Notes: generated by a model not told the origin, from the letters alone. A stretch of 32,000 bases of DNA from Pyrodictium occultum (GCF_001462395.1 NZ_LNTB01000001.1:1170001-1202000), one strand, 5' to 3'; positions 7,506 through 17,008 are shown, counted from the stretch's first letter. Numbers and translations are program-made.

Positions 7506-10145
7506 ATGGTGCCTCAGAGCTCTACGCCCCCCGCGGGGTATGGAGATGATCTGGCAGGGAAGCTGGGTTCGCTGCTAGGGGGCTCACGGGGTGCCCTTGA
7601 GAGACTTTCCGCTCTCCCGCTTACGCGCAAACCCCTGGAAGCGCGTGATGGGGTTGAGGGTTTCCTGCTTCAAACAATGTATGACGGGGAGAGGGGTGTT
7701 GCGGCGGCTAAGATATATGACGACCGTAATGGCATTGTCTACGTCTACTTTGATAGGACTGGTTACATGCCATACTTTCTAACCGATATACCACCGGACA
7801 AGCTGCAGGAGCTTCACGAGGTGGTGCGGCATAAGGGGTTCGACCATGTTGAGGTTGTGGAGAAGTTTGATCTCCTGCGTTGGCAGCGTAGGAAGGTTAC
7901 TAAGATCGTTGTAAAGACCCCCGATGTGGTGAGGGTGCTCCGTGACAAGGTTCCACGCGCCTGGGAGGCCAATATAAAGTTTCACCACAACTATATATAT
8001 GATTATGGGCTAGTGCCTGGAATGAAGTACCGCGTCGGGAAGGGCAGGCTAATCCTCCTGGGGGGAGAGGCTAGCGGGGACGATGAGCGCCATATACGCG
8101 AGATATTCAGTGGTGAGGATGAAAGCACTATTGAGATGGCAGTAAAATGGCTCTCCCTGTTTGAGCAGCCTCCCCCTAAGCCTCGTAGACTTGCAGTGGA
8201 CATCGAGGTATTCACTCCCTTCAAGGGCCGTATACCAGACCCTTCCACAGCCAGCTACCCTGTAATCAGTGTAGCTATGTCCTCGGACGAGGGGTGGCGC
8301 GCGGTCTATGTGCTGGCGCGCCCGGGCGTGCCTATGAATCCCCCGCGTGGCCCATTACCCGAGAATCTACACGTAGAGATATTCGACGATGAGCGTGCAC
8401 TCATATTGGAGGCGTTCCGGCTTATATCAAACTACCCGGTGCTGCTCACCTTCAACGGTGATAACTTTGACCTCCCCTACCTCTACAACCGGGCAGTAAA
8501 ACTAGGCATACCACGCGAGTACATACCATTCCGTGCTAGAAGCGACTATGTGACATTGGAGTACGGCTTCCATATAGACCTCTATAAGTTCTTCAGCACC
8601 AAGGCGGTTCAGGCATATGCCTTCGGCAACGCTTACCAGGAGTTCACCCTTGATGCTATAGCCTCTGCGTTGCTGGGGGAGCACAAGGTGGAGGTCGAGT
8701 CTACTGTAAGCGACCTACCATTCTTTGAGCTGGTCAGGTATAATGTGCGTGACGCTGATCTAACCCTTAGGCTAACAACGTTCAACAACGACCTGGTATG
8801 GTCCCTTATCATACTGCTAATGCGTATCTCCAAGCTGCCTCTGGAGGATGTCACGAGAAGCCAGGTCTCAGCTTGGGTGAAGAGCTTATTCTACTGGGAG
8901 CATAGGAGGAGGGGCTACCTAATACCATCAAGGGAGGAGATAATACGGCTTAAGGGCACCACCCGCTCTGAAGCCCTGATAAAGGGTAAGAAGTATCAGG
9001 GGGCGCTAGTCCTTGACCCGCCTAGCGGCATATACTTCAACATAGTGGTGCTTGACTTCGCCAGCCTGTACCCCAGTATAATAAAGAGGTGGAACCTAAG
9101 CTACGAGACCGTAAACCCCGTATACTGCCCCGAATCGAAGCTAGTGGAGGTTCCCGATGTAGGGCATAAGGTGTGCATGAGCATACCCGGCCTGACCTCG
9201 CAGATAGTTGGCCTGCTTAGGGACTATCGAGTCAAGATATACAAGAAGAAGGCCAAGGATAAGAGTCTGCCGGATGATGTTAGAGCATGGTATAATACAG
9301 TCCAGGCAGCCATGAAGGTGTATATAAATGCCAGCTATGGAGTCTTCGGGGCCGAGAGCTTCCCGTTCTACGCGCCGCCGGTAGCGGAGAGCGTCACAGC
9401 CATAGGCAGGTATACTATCAAGCAGACGCTGCAGAAGGCTGGCGAACTAGGGCTCCGCGTGCTCTATGGCGATACGGACTCACTATTCATATGGAATCCA
9501 GATGAGGATAAGCTGCGGGAGCTGCAAGAGTATGTAGAGAAGAACTTTGGCCTAGACCTTGAGGTTGATAAGGTCTATAAATTCGTGACATTTAGCGGCC
9601 TGAAGAAGAACTATATAGGCGCCTACGAGGATGGAAGCATCGATGTCAAGGGTATGGTCGCTAAGAAGCGTAATACGCCGGAGTTCCTCAAGAAGGAGTT
9701 TAGCGAGATGCTAGCAGTTATAGGCTCTGTTAAGAGCCCTGAGGACTTCATAAAGGTGAGGAGAGTTATACGTGAAAGGCTGCGCAAAGTATACCATGGC
9801 CTGCGCGACCTGGAGTTCAACTTAGACGAGCTAGCCATAAGGATGGCTTTAAACAAGCCCGTTGAGGCCTATACCAAGAATACGCCCCAGCATGTGAAGG
9901 CTGCGCGGCAGCTCATAAGGGCGGGGGTGCAGGTGCTGCCAGGTGATGTCATATCCTTCGTTAAAGTGAAGGGCAAGGAGGGTGTTAAGCCGGTCCAACT
10001 CGCAAGACTGCCGGAGGTTGATGTAGAGAAGTATGTGGAGAGCATGAGGAATGTGTTTGAACAGCTACTGCTTGCAATAAGTATGTCGTGGGATGAGATA
10101 ATAGGCTCCTCGAGGCTTGAGGCCTTCTTTAGCCGCCGGGGCTAG
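7506..10145 (+). CDS. polB: family B DNA polymerase, crenarchaeal PolB1/Dpo1 type (start uncertain: 7506 preferred, 7401 possible)
   Basis: Motifs seen: Exo I VDIEVFTP, Exo II FNGDNFDLPYL, motif A DFASLYPSII, motif B KVYINASYGVFG, motif C YGDTDS, plus NTPQHVKAA. As far as I recall the Sulfolobus Dpo1 sequence, it appears collinear with it. The track ORF (6789..10145) extends upstream across the tRNA, so its first 240 or so codons are not credible. Confidence 0.9.
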   Translation: MVPQSSTPPAGYGDDLAGKLGSLLGGSRGALERLSALPLTRKPLEARDGVEGFLLQTMYDGERGVAAAKIYDDRNGIVYVYFDRTGYMPYFLTDIPPDKLQELHEVVRHKGFDHVEVVEKFDLLRWQRRKVTKIVVKTPDVVRVLRDKVPRAWEANIKFHHNYIYDYGLVPGMKYRVGKGRLILLGGEASGDDERHIREIFSGEDESTIEMAVKWLSLFEQPPPKPRRLAVDIEVFTPFKGRIPDPSTASYPVISVAMSSDEGWRAVYVLARPGVPMNPPRGPLPENLHVEIFDDERALILEAFRLISNYPVLLTFNGDNFDLPYLYNRAVKLGIPREYIPFRARSDYVTLEYGFHIDLYKFFSTKAVQAYAFGNAYQEFTLDAIASALLGEHKVEVESTVSDLPFFELVRYNVRDADLTLRLTTFNNDLVWSLIILLMRISKLPLEDVTRSQVSAWVKSLFYWEHRRRGYLIPSREEIIRLKGTTRSEALIKGKKYQGALVLDPPSGIYFNIVVLDFASLYPSIIKRWNLSYETVNPVYCPESKLVEVPDVGHKVCMSIPGLTSQIVGLLRDYRVKIYKKKAKDKSLPDDVRAWYNTVQAAMKVYINASYGVFGAESFPFYAPPVAESVTAIGRYTIKQTLQKAGELGLRVLYGDTDSLFIWNPDEDKLRELQEYVEKNFGLDLEVDKVYKFVTFSGLKKNYIGAYEDGSIDVKGMVAKKRNTPEFLKKEFSEMLAVIGSVKSPEDFIKVRRVIRERLRKVYHGLRDLEFNLDELAIRMALNKPVEAYTKNTPQHVKAARQLIRAGVQVLPGDVISFVKVKGKEGVKPVQLARLPEVDVEKYVESMRNVFEQLLLAISMSWDEIIGSSRLEAFFSRRG

Positions 10146-10156
10146 CTTGAAGAAAG

Positions 10157-10675
10157 CTATCTTTTCCGGCTTCTACGCCTCTTCTTAGGCCTCTCCTCTA
10201 GCTCTTCCAAGCCTTCCTCGAGTCGCTTGATCTCCTCTTCGCCAAGCGATAGCTGTGCCTCCCCGCCCATCTTCTTGGGCTCTTTTGTTGCCTCTATGGC
10301 GTACTCCTCTAGCTGTCGTTTTGCCGCCTCGTCAAGGTAGTAGGATATCACATACATGCGTCTGTCAAGGTATGCGTCCTCGAGCCATGCATTATCGAAG
10401 CTTATGGTCAGTACCGGTAGATTAACTACAAGCTCGTTACCTTCCCTCATGAGTTCTAGGTTGAGTTCTACCAGCTTATCATAGAGGTCGGGGTCTATTG
10501 GGAGCTTGTATCTTAGCTCAAACTTGGTCCGTAGGGCTGTTAGATCGCTTTCGCTAGGGTGCCACTCCTCCAGGGCTTTCCTTACTATGTCCTTCGCTAC
10601 TGTATTAAAATCGCCTTCGACTACGTCTGAGCGGGTTAGCTTGCCCTCATCGGATCTTATTACTAGGATTTTCAC
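10157..10675 (-). CDS. hypothetical protein with Glu-rich helix and KKRRRSRKR tail
   Basis: 172 aa with protein-like composition, convergent with polB (11-nt spacer). I recognised no motif. Confidence 0.5.
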   Translation of the reverse strand: MKILVIRSDEGKLTRSDVVEGDFNTVAKDIVRKALEEWHPSESDLTALRTKFELRYKLPIDPDLYDKLVELNLELMREGNELVVNLPVLTISFDNAWLEDAYLDRRMYVISYYLDEAAKRQLEEYAIEATKEPKKMGGEAQLSLGEEEIKRLEEGLEELEERPKKRRRSRKR

Positions 10676-10835
10676 GCCCTGTCACCCTTGGAGTTTAGCC
10701 CGTGTTTCTGCATACTACCTCTGAAGCGGCATTGCTAGGGTTTCCGAGGGCCTGGCTCAGCCTCTAGTCTTGTCCTAATATGGGTATAGGCTGCGCTCCA
10801 CCCTGTTACACTAGTTGCAGTAGTAAAACATATAG

Positions 10836-11165
10836 CTAAGGCTCTGGGGGGTTTTGCAGCTCTCTAATGTTTTTAAGTACTATGTGTTTAGCTTCCTCGA
10901 TATCAGGGTTTAGATCCTTTCCAAGAGGTAGGCGGGAGAGCAGGACCTGGAATGAGCCATCATCCAGCTGCACTAGGAGCTGTGGGAGCCAGGGCATGCC
11001 TAGATCATCGGTATCGCCGTGCTCTGTGAGCAGTAGGTAGTCCTCTATTCGTATCTCCTTTTCTAGGCCCGTCTCCTTGGCGACCTCCTCTAATAGCTGT
11101 ACCCATAGCCGGTGTTGCGGGTGATGTTCTGCTGTCACCAGCACGAGCTTGACGGGCTTAGTCAC
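10836..11165 (-). CDS. hypothetical thioredoxin-fold-like protein with HPQH where CxxC is expected
   Basis: 109 aa. KLVLVTAEHHPQHRLWVQLLEEV has beta-strand, motif, helix geometry, and MPWLPQLLV resembles a cis-Pro loop, as in the thioredoxin/glutaredoxin fold. There is no Cys. This is a fold inference only. Confidence 0.4.
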   Translation of the reverse strand: MTKPVKLVLVTAEHHPQHRLWVQLLEEVAKETGLEKEIRIEDYLLLTEHGDTDDLGMPWLPQLLVQLDDGSFQVLLSRLPLGKDLNPDIEEAKHIVLKNIRELQNPPEP

Positions 11166-11166
11166 C

Positions 11167-11385
11167 TTAACCGCTCACCTCGTAGCGGCTTGGAAGCTCA
11201 AGCTTATATGCTCTTCTGCTCCATCGTCTGGCCAGCCCACGCCTAGCCATCTCCGCCAGAATCCTGCCGGCGGTCCGTGTGGAGACTCCAAGTATGTAGG
11301 CCAGCTGGTCAACCGTTACATATATATAGCCTAGCGTTAGTAGTGTGGACGCAAGCCTGCTAACATCAATCCTCACGCGCGGCAT
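11167..11385 (-). CDS. small winged-helix/HTH DNA-binding protein
   Basis: 72 aa. VDQLAYILGVSTRTAGRILAEMARRGL is a typical HTH recognition segment. Its stop is 1 nt from the start of the next gene (10836..11165). Confidence 0.5.
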   Translation of the reverse strand: MPRVRIDVSRLASTLLTLGYIYVTVDQLAYILGVSTRTAGRILAEMARRGLARRWSRRAYKLELPSRYEVSG

Positions 11386-11533
11386 CTCCTCCCCATTAGC
11401 GTCGGCGGTCCTGCGGCTACGCTTCTGGGAGGCAGCCGAAGCTAATGGCTACGCCTCCTCTCTGCTGAGAGAATTAGAGCTTTAGAGCCTCTCCAGGTGG
11501 TACTATGCATCATAGCGGGGGCTGCATGGGGCC

Positions 11534-13093
11534 GTGTACACTCTAGAGCATGTGCCAGTGTATGTGCCGGATACAAGCGTCATTGTGGAGGGCGTGGTCT
11601 CAAAACTCATTAGTGAGGGAAAAATAAGGGGCAAGATAATAATCCACAGAGCCGTCATAGCCGAGCTTGAGAGCCAGGCCAACAAGGGGAGGGCCACTGG
11701 CTACGCAGGCCTTGAGGAGATACGCAGGCTAAGAGAGCTAGCCGAGAAGGGCCTCATAGACCTCGAGCTGGCTGGCCAGAGGCCAAGCCTGCAGGAAATC
11801 AGAGGCGCTGGGATAGGCGCGATAGATGCCATCATAAGGGACTATGCCTATGAGGCGGGTGCAACTCTCATCACAGCCGACCGCATACAAGCGCTAGTAG
11901 CCGAGGCAATAGGAGTAAGTGTAATATACATACAGCCGCATGGGGAGGAGAAGCTACGCCTTGAAGAATTCTTCGACGAGAACACTATGAGCGTCCATCT
12001 CAAAGAGGGGAGTCCTCCCCGGGCAAAGAAGGGCACCCCCGGCAACTGGGTCCTCGTAGACCTGTCCGCTAAGCCGCTAAGCAGGGAGGACGTGGAAACC
12101 ATAGCCCAGGAGACCGTTGAAGCCGCTAAACGCCGCCCGGACGGGTTCATAGAGATAGACCGGGAAGGCTCAACCATAATCCAGCTCGGCAGCTACAGGA
12201 TAGTGATAACTAGGCCGCCACTAAGCGAGGGCTGGGAGATAACGGCAGTAAGGCCCGTGAAGAAGCTCCACATAGAGGACTACAACTTGCCGTCGAAGCT
12301 CCTGCGCCGGCTTGACGAAAGAGCGGAGGGCATACTAATAGCAGGGGCGCCGGGCATGGGCAAGACAACCTTCGCCCAAGCTCTTGCAGAGTACTATGCG
12401 CGTAAAGGCAAGGTGGTTAAGACAATAGAATCGCCACGCGACATGATACTGCCTCCGGACATAACGCAATACTCAAAGAACTGTGCTGACATAGGAGAGC
12501 TCCATGATATACTCCTCCTCAGCAGGCCCGACTACACGGTCTTCGACGAGCTCCGCGACGACCAGGACTTCCGCCTCTACATAGACCTACGCCTAGCAGG
12601 CATTGGGATGATTGGAGTAGTTCACGCTACCACGCCGATAGACGCGGTGCAGCGGTTCATCCGTAGAGTAGATATAGGCATGCTCCCAAGCATAATAGAC
12701 ACTGTGATATTCATAAACAAGGGACGCGTGGAAACCGTATACGAGCTCCGTATGACGGTGAAGCTGCCCACGGGGCTCCGGGAAGCAGAGCTTGCTAGAC
12801 CGGTTGTAGAGGTTCGTGATGCTCTCACCGGCGAGTTAGCCTACGAGATCTACACATTCGGAGAGCAGACCGTAGTAGTGCCCGTGAAACAGGTATCATT
12901 TTCAGCGTTCGGAGAAAGGATAAAGAGGCTAATAGAGCGTATGCTTCCTGGAGCCGAGGTGGAGGTGAAGGACAACCTAGTAGTTGTTAACGTGCCGAGG
13001 GTTGCGGCTAAGGCACTCATGAAGAAGATGAAGAAGATAAAGAAGCTCGAGGACAAGTACGGGGTATCCATAAGGGTCAATATGACGGGCTAG
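11534..13093 (+). CDS. PIN domain / PilT-like P-loop ATPase / KH-like domain protein (COG1855-type)
   Basis: 519 aa with a GTG start. The N-terminal PIN has VPDTSVIVEG. Walker A is GAPGMGKTT and the Walker B-like segment is DYTVFDELRD. The C-terminal basic KH-like tail is KKMKKIKKLEDKYGVSIRV. Confidence 0.8.
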   Translation: MYTLEHVPVYVPDTSVIVEGVVSKLISEGKIRGKIIIHRAVIAELESQANKGRATGYAGLEEIRRLRELAEKGLIDLELAGQRPSLQEIRGAGIGAIDAIIRDYAYEAGATLITADRIQALVAEAIGVSVIYIQPHGEEKLRLEEFFDENTMSVHLKEGSPPRAKKGTPGNWVLVDLSAKPLSREDVETIAQETVEAAKRRPDGFIEIDREGSTIIQLGSYRIVITRPPLSEGWEITAVRPVKKLHIEDYNLPSKLLRRLDERAEGILIAGAPGMGKTTFAQALAEYYARKGKVVKTIESPRDMILPPDITQYSKNCADIGELHDILLLSRPDYTVFDELRDDQDFRLYIDLRLAGIGMIGVVHATTPIDAVQRFIRRVDIGMLPSIIDTVIFINKGRVETVYELRMTVKLPTGLREAELARPVVEVRDALTGELAYEIYTFGEQTVVVPVKQVSFSAFGERIKRLIERMLPGAEVEVKDNLVVVNVPRVAAKALMKKMKKIKKLEDKYGVSIRVNMTG

Positions 13094-13132
13094 CCGCCCC
13101 TCCATCCCTCAGAGGGAGCGGGCGGATACGCA

Positions 13133-13591
13133 ATGAGCGATACTAGGCGGAGGAGGGGTTTTGAAGCTGAGCGGGAGCTTGTGAGGAAGCTCTGGGGCAG
13201 CGGCTTCGCTGTCGTGCGCGCACCCGCTAGCGGCGCCCGTGTGAGGAAAGCCGTGTACCCGGATATAGTGGCCATGTTTAAAGGCAAGATATTCGCGCTT
13301 GAGGTTAAATACCGCAGTGACAACTCCCCCATCTACATCGAGAAGGAGCAGATACAGAAACTCCTAGAGTTTGCTCGCAGGGCAGGAGCCACACCCTTGA
13401 TAGCAGTTAAGAGGCCGCATCAGGGCTGGCGCCTAGTACCGCTAAGAGTGGCCAAGGAGACCTCCTCCGGGAGAATAAGGATAGACGAGGAAGTGCTCAA
13501 GAAGGCCATGAGCCTGGAAGAGTTCGTAACCTACGCTACGAATACTAGCCTGGAGAGCTTCATGAAGAGGGGCCAGGACTCAGCTGGGTAA
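13133..13591 (+). CDS. hjc: Holliday junction resolvase Hjc
   Basis: 152 aa. RRGFEAERELVRKLWGSGFAVVRAPASG ... PDIVAM ... ALEVKYR carries the E-x-D-x-E-x-K nuclease core arrangement of archaeal Hjc. Confidence 0.85.
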   Translation: MSDTRRRRGFEAERELVRKLWGSGFAVVRAPASGARVRKAVYPDIVAMFKGKIFALEVKYRSDNSPIYIEKEQIQKLLEFARRAGATPLIAVKRPHQGWRLVPLRVAKETSSGRIRIDEEVLKKAMSLEEFVTYATNTSLESFMKRGQDSAG

Positions 13592-13650
13592 GTTATCTTC
13601 ATCCCCCACATGCTTATCCGTCCGGGAGTAACTCATCACGCACCTATGCC
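13571..13650 (-). ncRNA. candidate C/D box sRNA
   Basis: The reverse strand reads GGCAUAGGUGC GUGAUGA(C) GUUACUCCCGGA(12 nt) CGGA(D'-like) UAAGCAUGUGGGGG AUGAAGA(C'-like) UAACUUACCCAG(12 nt) CUGA(D) GUCCUGGCC. Both guide spacers are exactly 12 nt. The flanks GGCAUAGGUGC/GUCCUGGCC can form a terminal stem of about 9 bp with two bulges. It lies 16 nt downstream of the stop of 13667..14740 and overlaps the last 21 nt of hjc antisense. Confidence 0.4.
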
Positions 13651-13666
13651 TAGCGGCCGGTGAGCC

Positions 13667-14740
13667 CTAGTCAGGCCTAAGCCTTATATCCCTGAACATA
13701 AGCTTGCCACGATGCCTCCATATCACACGCACTGTGTTCGTAGAGCCTGGCTTCAGCCTTAGATTGAGCGTCTTTGACTCGCCTGGCTTCAGCTCGCCCA
13801 CCACAGCCCTGTCGACCACGTTTCCTACCGCGAATACTGTCACGACAAGATTCTCGGCCCTATCGTCGCCGGCATTGGACACTTCGAGCTTTAAAGCATC
13901 AGCGCTAACACTGTAGCTGGCTTCTATCCTAGGCTCCGGTGCTTCGATGCGGTACACGAGTATCGAAGACACTAGCAGCTCCCTGGGATAGTACTCGCCG
14001 GTGCCTTTATGCTCAAGCCTAAGTTGTACTGCATCGCCTATATCCAGGGCAAACTCGTTTGTACCAACGCTTTTGCTTATCGTTGAAGTACCCTCACCGG
14101 TGCTAACTACAAGGCTCGCACTCGTGTGTGGTATGTAAGCCACTATTCTAGCCTTCATACCGCTGAGCCGCCCCGGTAGGCTCAGCTCAATGACATCGCC
14201 GGGTTTGAGTGATATCGCACCGCTCCAGAAATGGTAAAACGAGCGGACTGTATCATAGGATCCCATGAGCAGTAGACCTACATGGTCTACCACAAACTCT
14301 CTTACACCCATATACTCGATGCCCACAGTGTGATCCTTGCGTCGCTTCGAGTTGACTATGGGTGTGACATCGAACACCAGCTTACAGAAAAAGCCATCCC
14401 CCATTCTGGCACATATACTCGGCTTAAACTCTCTCGTAACTACAACACCGTTAAATAGCACCTTCCACCGGGGTATCTCCATGGTAGCGCTCCTTGCCCC
14501 AACCTCGAGCAGCGCCTTGTCCACAGTGGCGGATCTTATGCCATGCTCGAATGTTGTCGAGTAGGTAGTTGGGTGCCCGGAACCCCCTAACGTGACCTCG
14601 GGCAAGCTATTCTCATACACTAGATCCATGTTACCCTGGCCGCTAACGTATAGTTGCAGACCTCCATCACTCATAGAGTAGTCCCTCCTTCCAGCATTCT
14701 GGTGATAACGTTCCACTTTTAGTACATTACGTGCCTCCAT
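13667..14740 (-). CDS. hypothetical beta-rich protein, C-terminal CARDB-like repeat
   Basis: 357 aa with no obvious signal peptide or TM. The C-terminal LEVSNAGDDRAENLVVTVFAVGN...LKPGESKTLNLRLKP resembles CARDB/Ig-like domains. It lies 55 nt downstream of XPB on the same strand. Confidence 0.5.
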   Translation of the reverse strand: MEARNVLKVERYHQNAGRRDYSMSDGGLQLYVSGQGNMDLVYENSLPEVTLGGSGHPTTYSTTFEHGIRSATVDKALLEVGARSATMEIPRWKVLFNGVVVTREFKPSICARMGDGFFCKLVFDVTPIVNSKRRKDHTVGIEYMGVREFVVDHVGLLLMGSYDTVRSFYHFWSGAISLKPGDVIELSLPGRLSGMKARIVAYIPHTSASLVVSTGEGTSTISKSVGTNEFALDIGDAVQLRLEHKGTGEYYPRELLVSSILVYRIEAPEPRIEASYSVSADALKLEVSNAGDDRAENLVVTVFAVGNVVDRAVVGELKPGESKTLNLRLKPGSTNTVRVIWRHRGKLMFRDIRLRPD

Positions 14741-14795
14741 GGATCAAGAGCCTGGCAGGCCGGGCAAGGCTGGAACTACGACATGCTACTAGCGG

Positions 14796-16394
14796 TCAGA
14801 GGGAGCGTAGCAGCTTTCTTAGAGTAGCCTCCTCTTGAGTGCCTCGTATTGCTATATAGTAGAGTTTTGCAGATTTGCCGGGTTTCGGCCTGAGCAGTCT
14901 TCCAAGCCTCTGTATAAACTGTCTTCTTGAGGCAGTGCCGGAGAGCACCACGCCTACATTAGCATCAGGTATATCTATACCCTCATCCCCTACAGTTGTG
15001 AGTACAAGCGCTTTTAACCTATTATGCTTAAATAGCTCGAATATGATTTTCCTCTTGCTTTTCTCCGTCTTTCCAGTCACCACGGGGATTCCAAGCTCTT
15101 TTCCAACAGCCTGGGCCTGGTCAACATACTGCGTAAATACTATTATCTTCGAGCCTCTCATGTACTCAGCCTCTATAATGCTCCGAGCCTTCTCAAGCTT
15201 GGACTTTGACAGTGCTAGTATACGCCTAATCCGAGCCAATAGCTGCAGAGCTTTACGGGCCGACTCGTCGCCCATCGACGCAGCCTTTACGAGTTCCTCT
15301 ACCCTCCTACCCCTAGCTAGTACTAGGTAGTCCTTACGGAGCCTCTTGTACTCCTCCAGCTCCTTCCGGCTAAGATCCACAAGCACGGGAATTATTTCGA
15401 ATGATGCTATGTACCCAGCAGACATGAGGTCCTCGATAGAACGTTCATAGACTACTCCGCCTACGAGCCGGAAAAGCTCCTCATGTTTACCATCCTCCCG
15501 GTATGGTGTAGCCGATAAACCAAGCCTATAGGGTGCAAGCACGGATTCTGCAATAGCCCTAAACTTATCAGCAGGCAGGTGGTGAGCCTCATCAACTACG
15601 AGGAGAGAGAACTTATCAAATAGCAAGCCGATGTTACGGAAGGCGGACTGATAAGTAGCGATAGTAACAGGCTTCACGCTCTTCTCGTCAGAGTAGAAGG
15701 CACCGACAGACGATTTGGAGAGGGAGGTGAACTTTTCTATCTTATCCATCCACTCCACGAGCTGCTCACGGGTGTAAACTACTATGAGTGTAGGCACAGA
15801 GAGCCTGGCCATGGCCGCCAGCGCTACCACCGTTTTGCCGGCTCCAGTGGGCAACGCGATAACTCCACGATACCCGTTACGTATCCAAGTATCTACTGCC
15901 TCCTCCTGGTAGTCACGCAGTTTTCCCCTGAACGAGATAGGGTAGCTGCCTGTCCCGAGAAGCCCTGTACGGTCATGTATACTGAAGCCTTCATGCCGTA
16001 GCCTCTCAATTACATCAAGCAGCGCGTAAGGCTTCACTACGAATCCTCTAAGAGCCCTAGAGTATCTGACGACCCCTTTATCCCTAAATACGGCAAGATA
16101 ATCTGTTAGGAGGCGTTTTGATCGTAGAAGGAATCCCTTGGGGGATGCATATATCTCAACTATGCTTGACTCTTCAAGGAGCTTTTCAAGAACGCTGCGC
16201 GAGTCTTTGTCAAGCTCCGCGCCATAGGACTTCAAGGTGTCAATAATATCTGTTAGTTTGTCAACATTACTTATGTCCGTTGTTAGCTCGAACCAGCTAC
16301 AGCCATCACGTCTGCCTAGATAGGATGCCATGCTGGCTATTCGGCGGAAATCTTCTCTATCAAGCCATCGGCATATTCGGAACCGCAGATACAA
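14796..16394 (-). CDS. xpb: XPB/Rad25-type SF2 DNA repair helicase
   Basis: 532 aa. Motifs: LRDYQEEAV, motif I LPTGAGKT, motif II VVDEAHHL, motif III LGLSATPYREDG (includes the XPB RED motif), motif VI FIQRLGRLLR. An N-terminal damage-recognition-like domain is present. Confidence 0.9.
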   Translation of the reverse strand: MYLRFRICRWLDREDFRRIASMASYLGRRDGCSWFELTTDISNVDKLTDIIDTLKSYGAELDKDSRSVLEKLLEESSIVEIYASPKGFLLRSKRLLTDYLAVFRDKGVVRYSRALRGFVVKPYALLDVIERLRHEGFSIHDRTGLLGTGSYPISFRGKLRDYQEEAVDTWIRNGYRGVIALPTGAGKTVVALAAMARLSVPTLIVVYTREQLVEWMDKIEKFTSLSKSSVGAFYSDEKSVKPVTIATYQSAFRNIGLLFDKFSLLVVDEAHHLPADKFRAIAESVLAPYRLGLSATPYREDGKHEELFRLVGGVVYERSIEDLMSAGYIASFEIIPVLVDLSRKELEEYKRLRKDYLVLARGRRVEELVKAASMGDESARKALQLLARIRRILALSKSKLEKARSIIEAEYMRGSKIIVFTQYVDQAQAVGKELGIPVVTGKTEKSKRKIIFELFKHNRLKALVLTTVGDEGIDIPDANVGVVLSGTASRRQFIQRLGRLLRPKPGKSAKLYYIAIRGTQEEATLRKLLRSL

Positions 16395-16454
16395 ACTACC
16401 ACCGCATCGCTACCGCAGGTATAGCGGCCCGGAAGCCGTCATTGCCGATACTCG

Positions 16455-16973
16455 CTATGCAGCATTACGGCTCGGTAATACAGTAAATGCCTTATCCCGC
16501 AGCTCGCTGAATGAGGACACACACATATAGCCTATGCTTCCGGCATGCACGTCCCTCGCGACGCTCCTCTCAATAATCTTTGAAGGCTCGGAATCATTCT
16601 CGACTATTGCAATGAATATCTTGCTATCTCTATCAACGTATAATATGTCAGTAATGCTAGCCCTCTCCTCAAGTAGATCTATGGCCCGGCTTGGCGGTCT
16701 AGCGGCAATGAGCAACCCCTCTAGAATTATCCTCGGCGGCCCGTCTTCGCTGAGAGGCTCTAGCGGCATTAGAACTCGGAATACGCAGCCAACTAGTATG
16801 TCGGAGCCCTCGAGTCTCCCAAGGGTATATGCGATAACATATTTACAGTCATTTAGCTCTGCAAATGCGCCTATGTAAAGACCTCTATGTTTCTTCAGTA
16901 TGGCGCAGAAAGAGGCTCCCTGCGTGGGTTCCACATCATCTCTCTTCTTCTCAGTGTTTAAAACCTCGGTCAT
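16455..16973 (-). CDS. hypothetical protein (start uncertain; track ORF extends to 17030)
   Basis: Track ORF of 191 aa. The internal Met (MTEVLNTEKK) at 16973 removes the 22-nt overlap with the upstream gene. I recognised no motif. Confidence 0.4.
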   Translation of the reverse strand: MTEVLNTEKKRDDVEPTQGASFCAILKKHRGLYIGAFAELNDCKYVIAYTLGRLEGSDILVGCVFRVLMPLEPLSEDGPPRIILEGLLIAARPPSRAIDLLEERASITDILYVDRDSKIFIAIVENDSEPSKIIERSVARDVHAGSIGYMCVSSFSELRDKAFTVLPSRNAA

Positions 16974-17008
16974 CGCCGCCTCTTCGGTAGTACCGCACAC
17001 AGGCATAA

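Noticed and set aside
13667-14740. Bax1 nuclease identity for the gene downstream of XPB
   Set aside because: The product is shorter than Bax1 as I recall it, appears all-beta with an Ig/CARDB-like C-terminus, and shows no nuclease-like acidic motif that I can recognise. It is kept as hypothetical.
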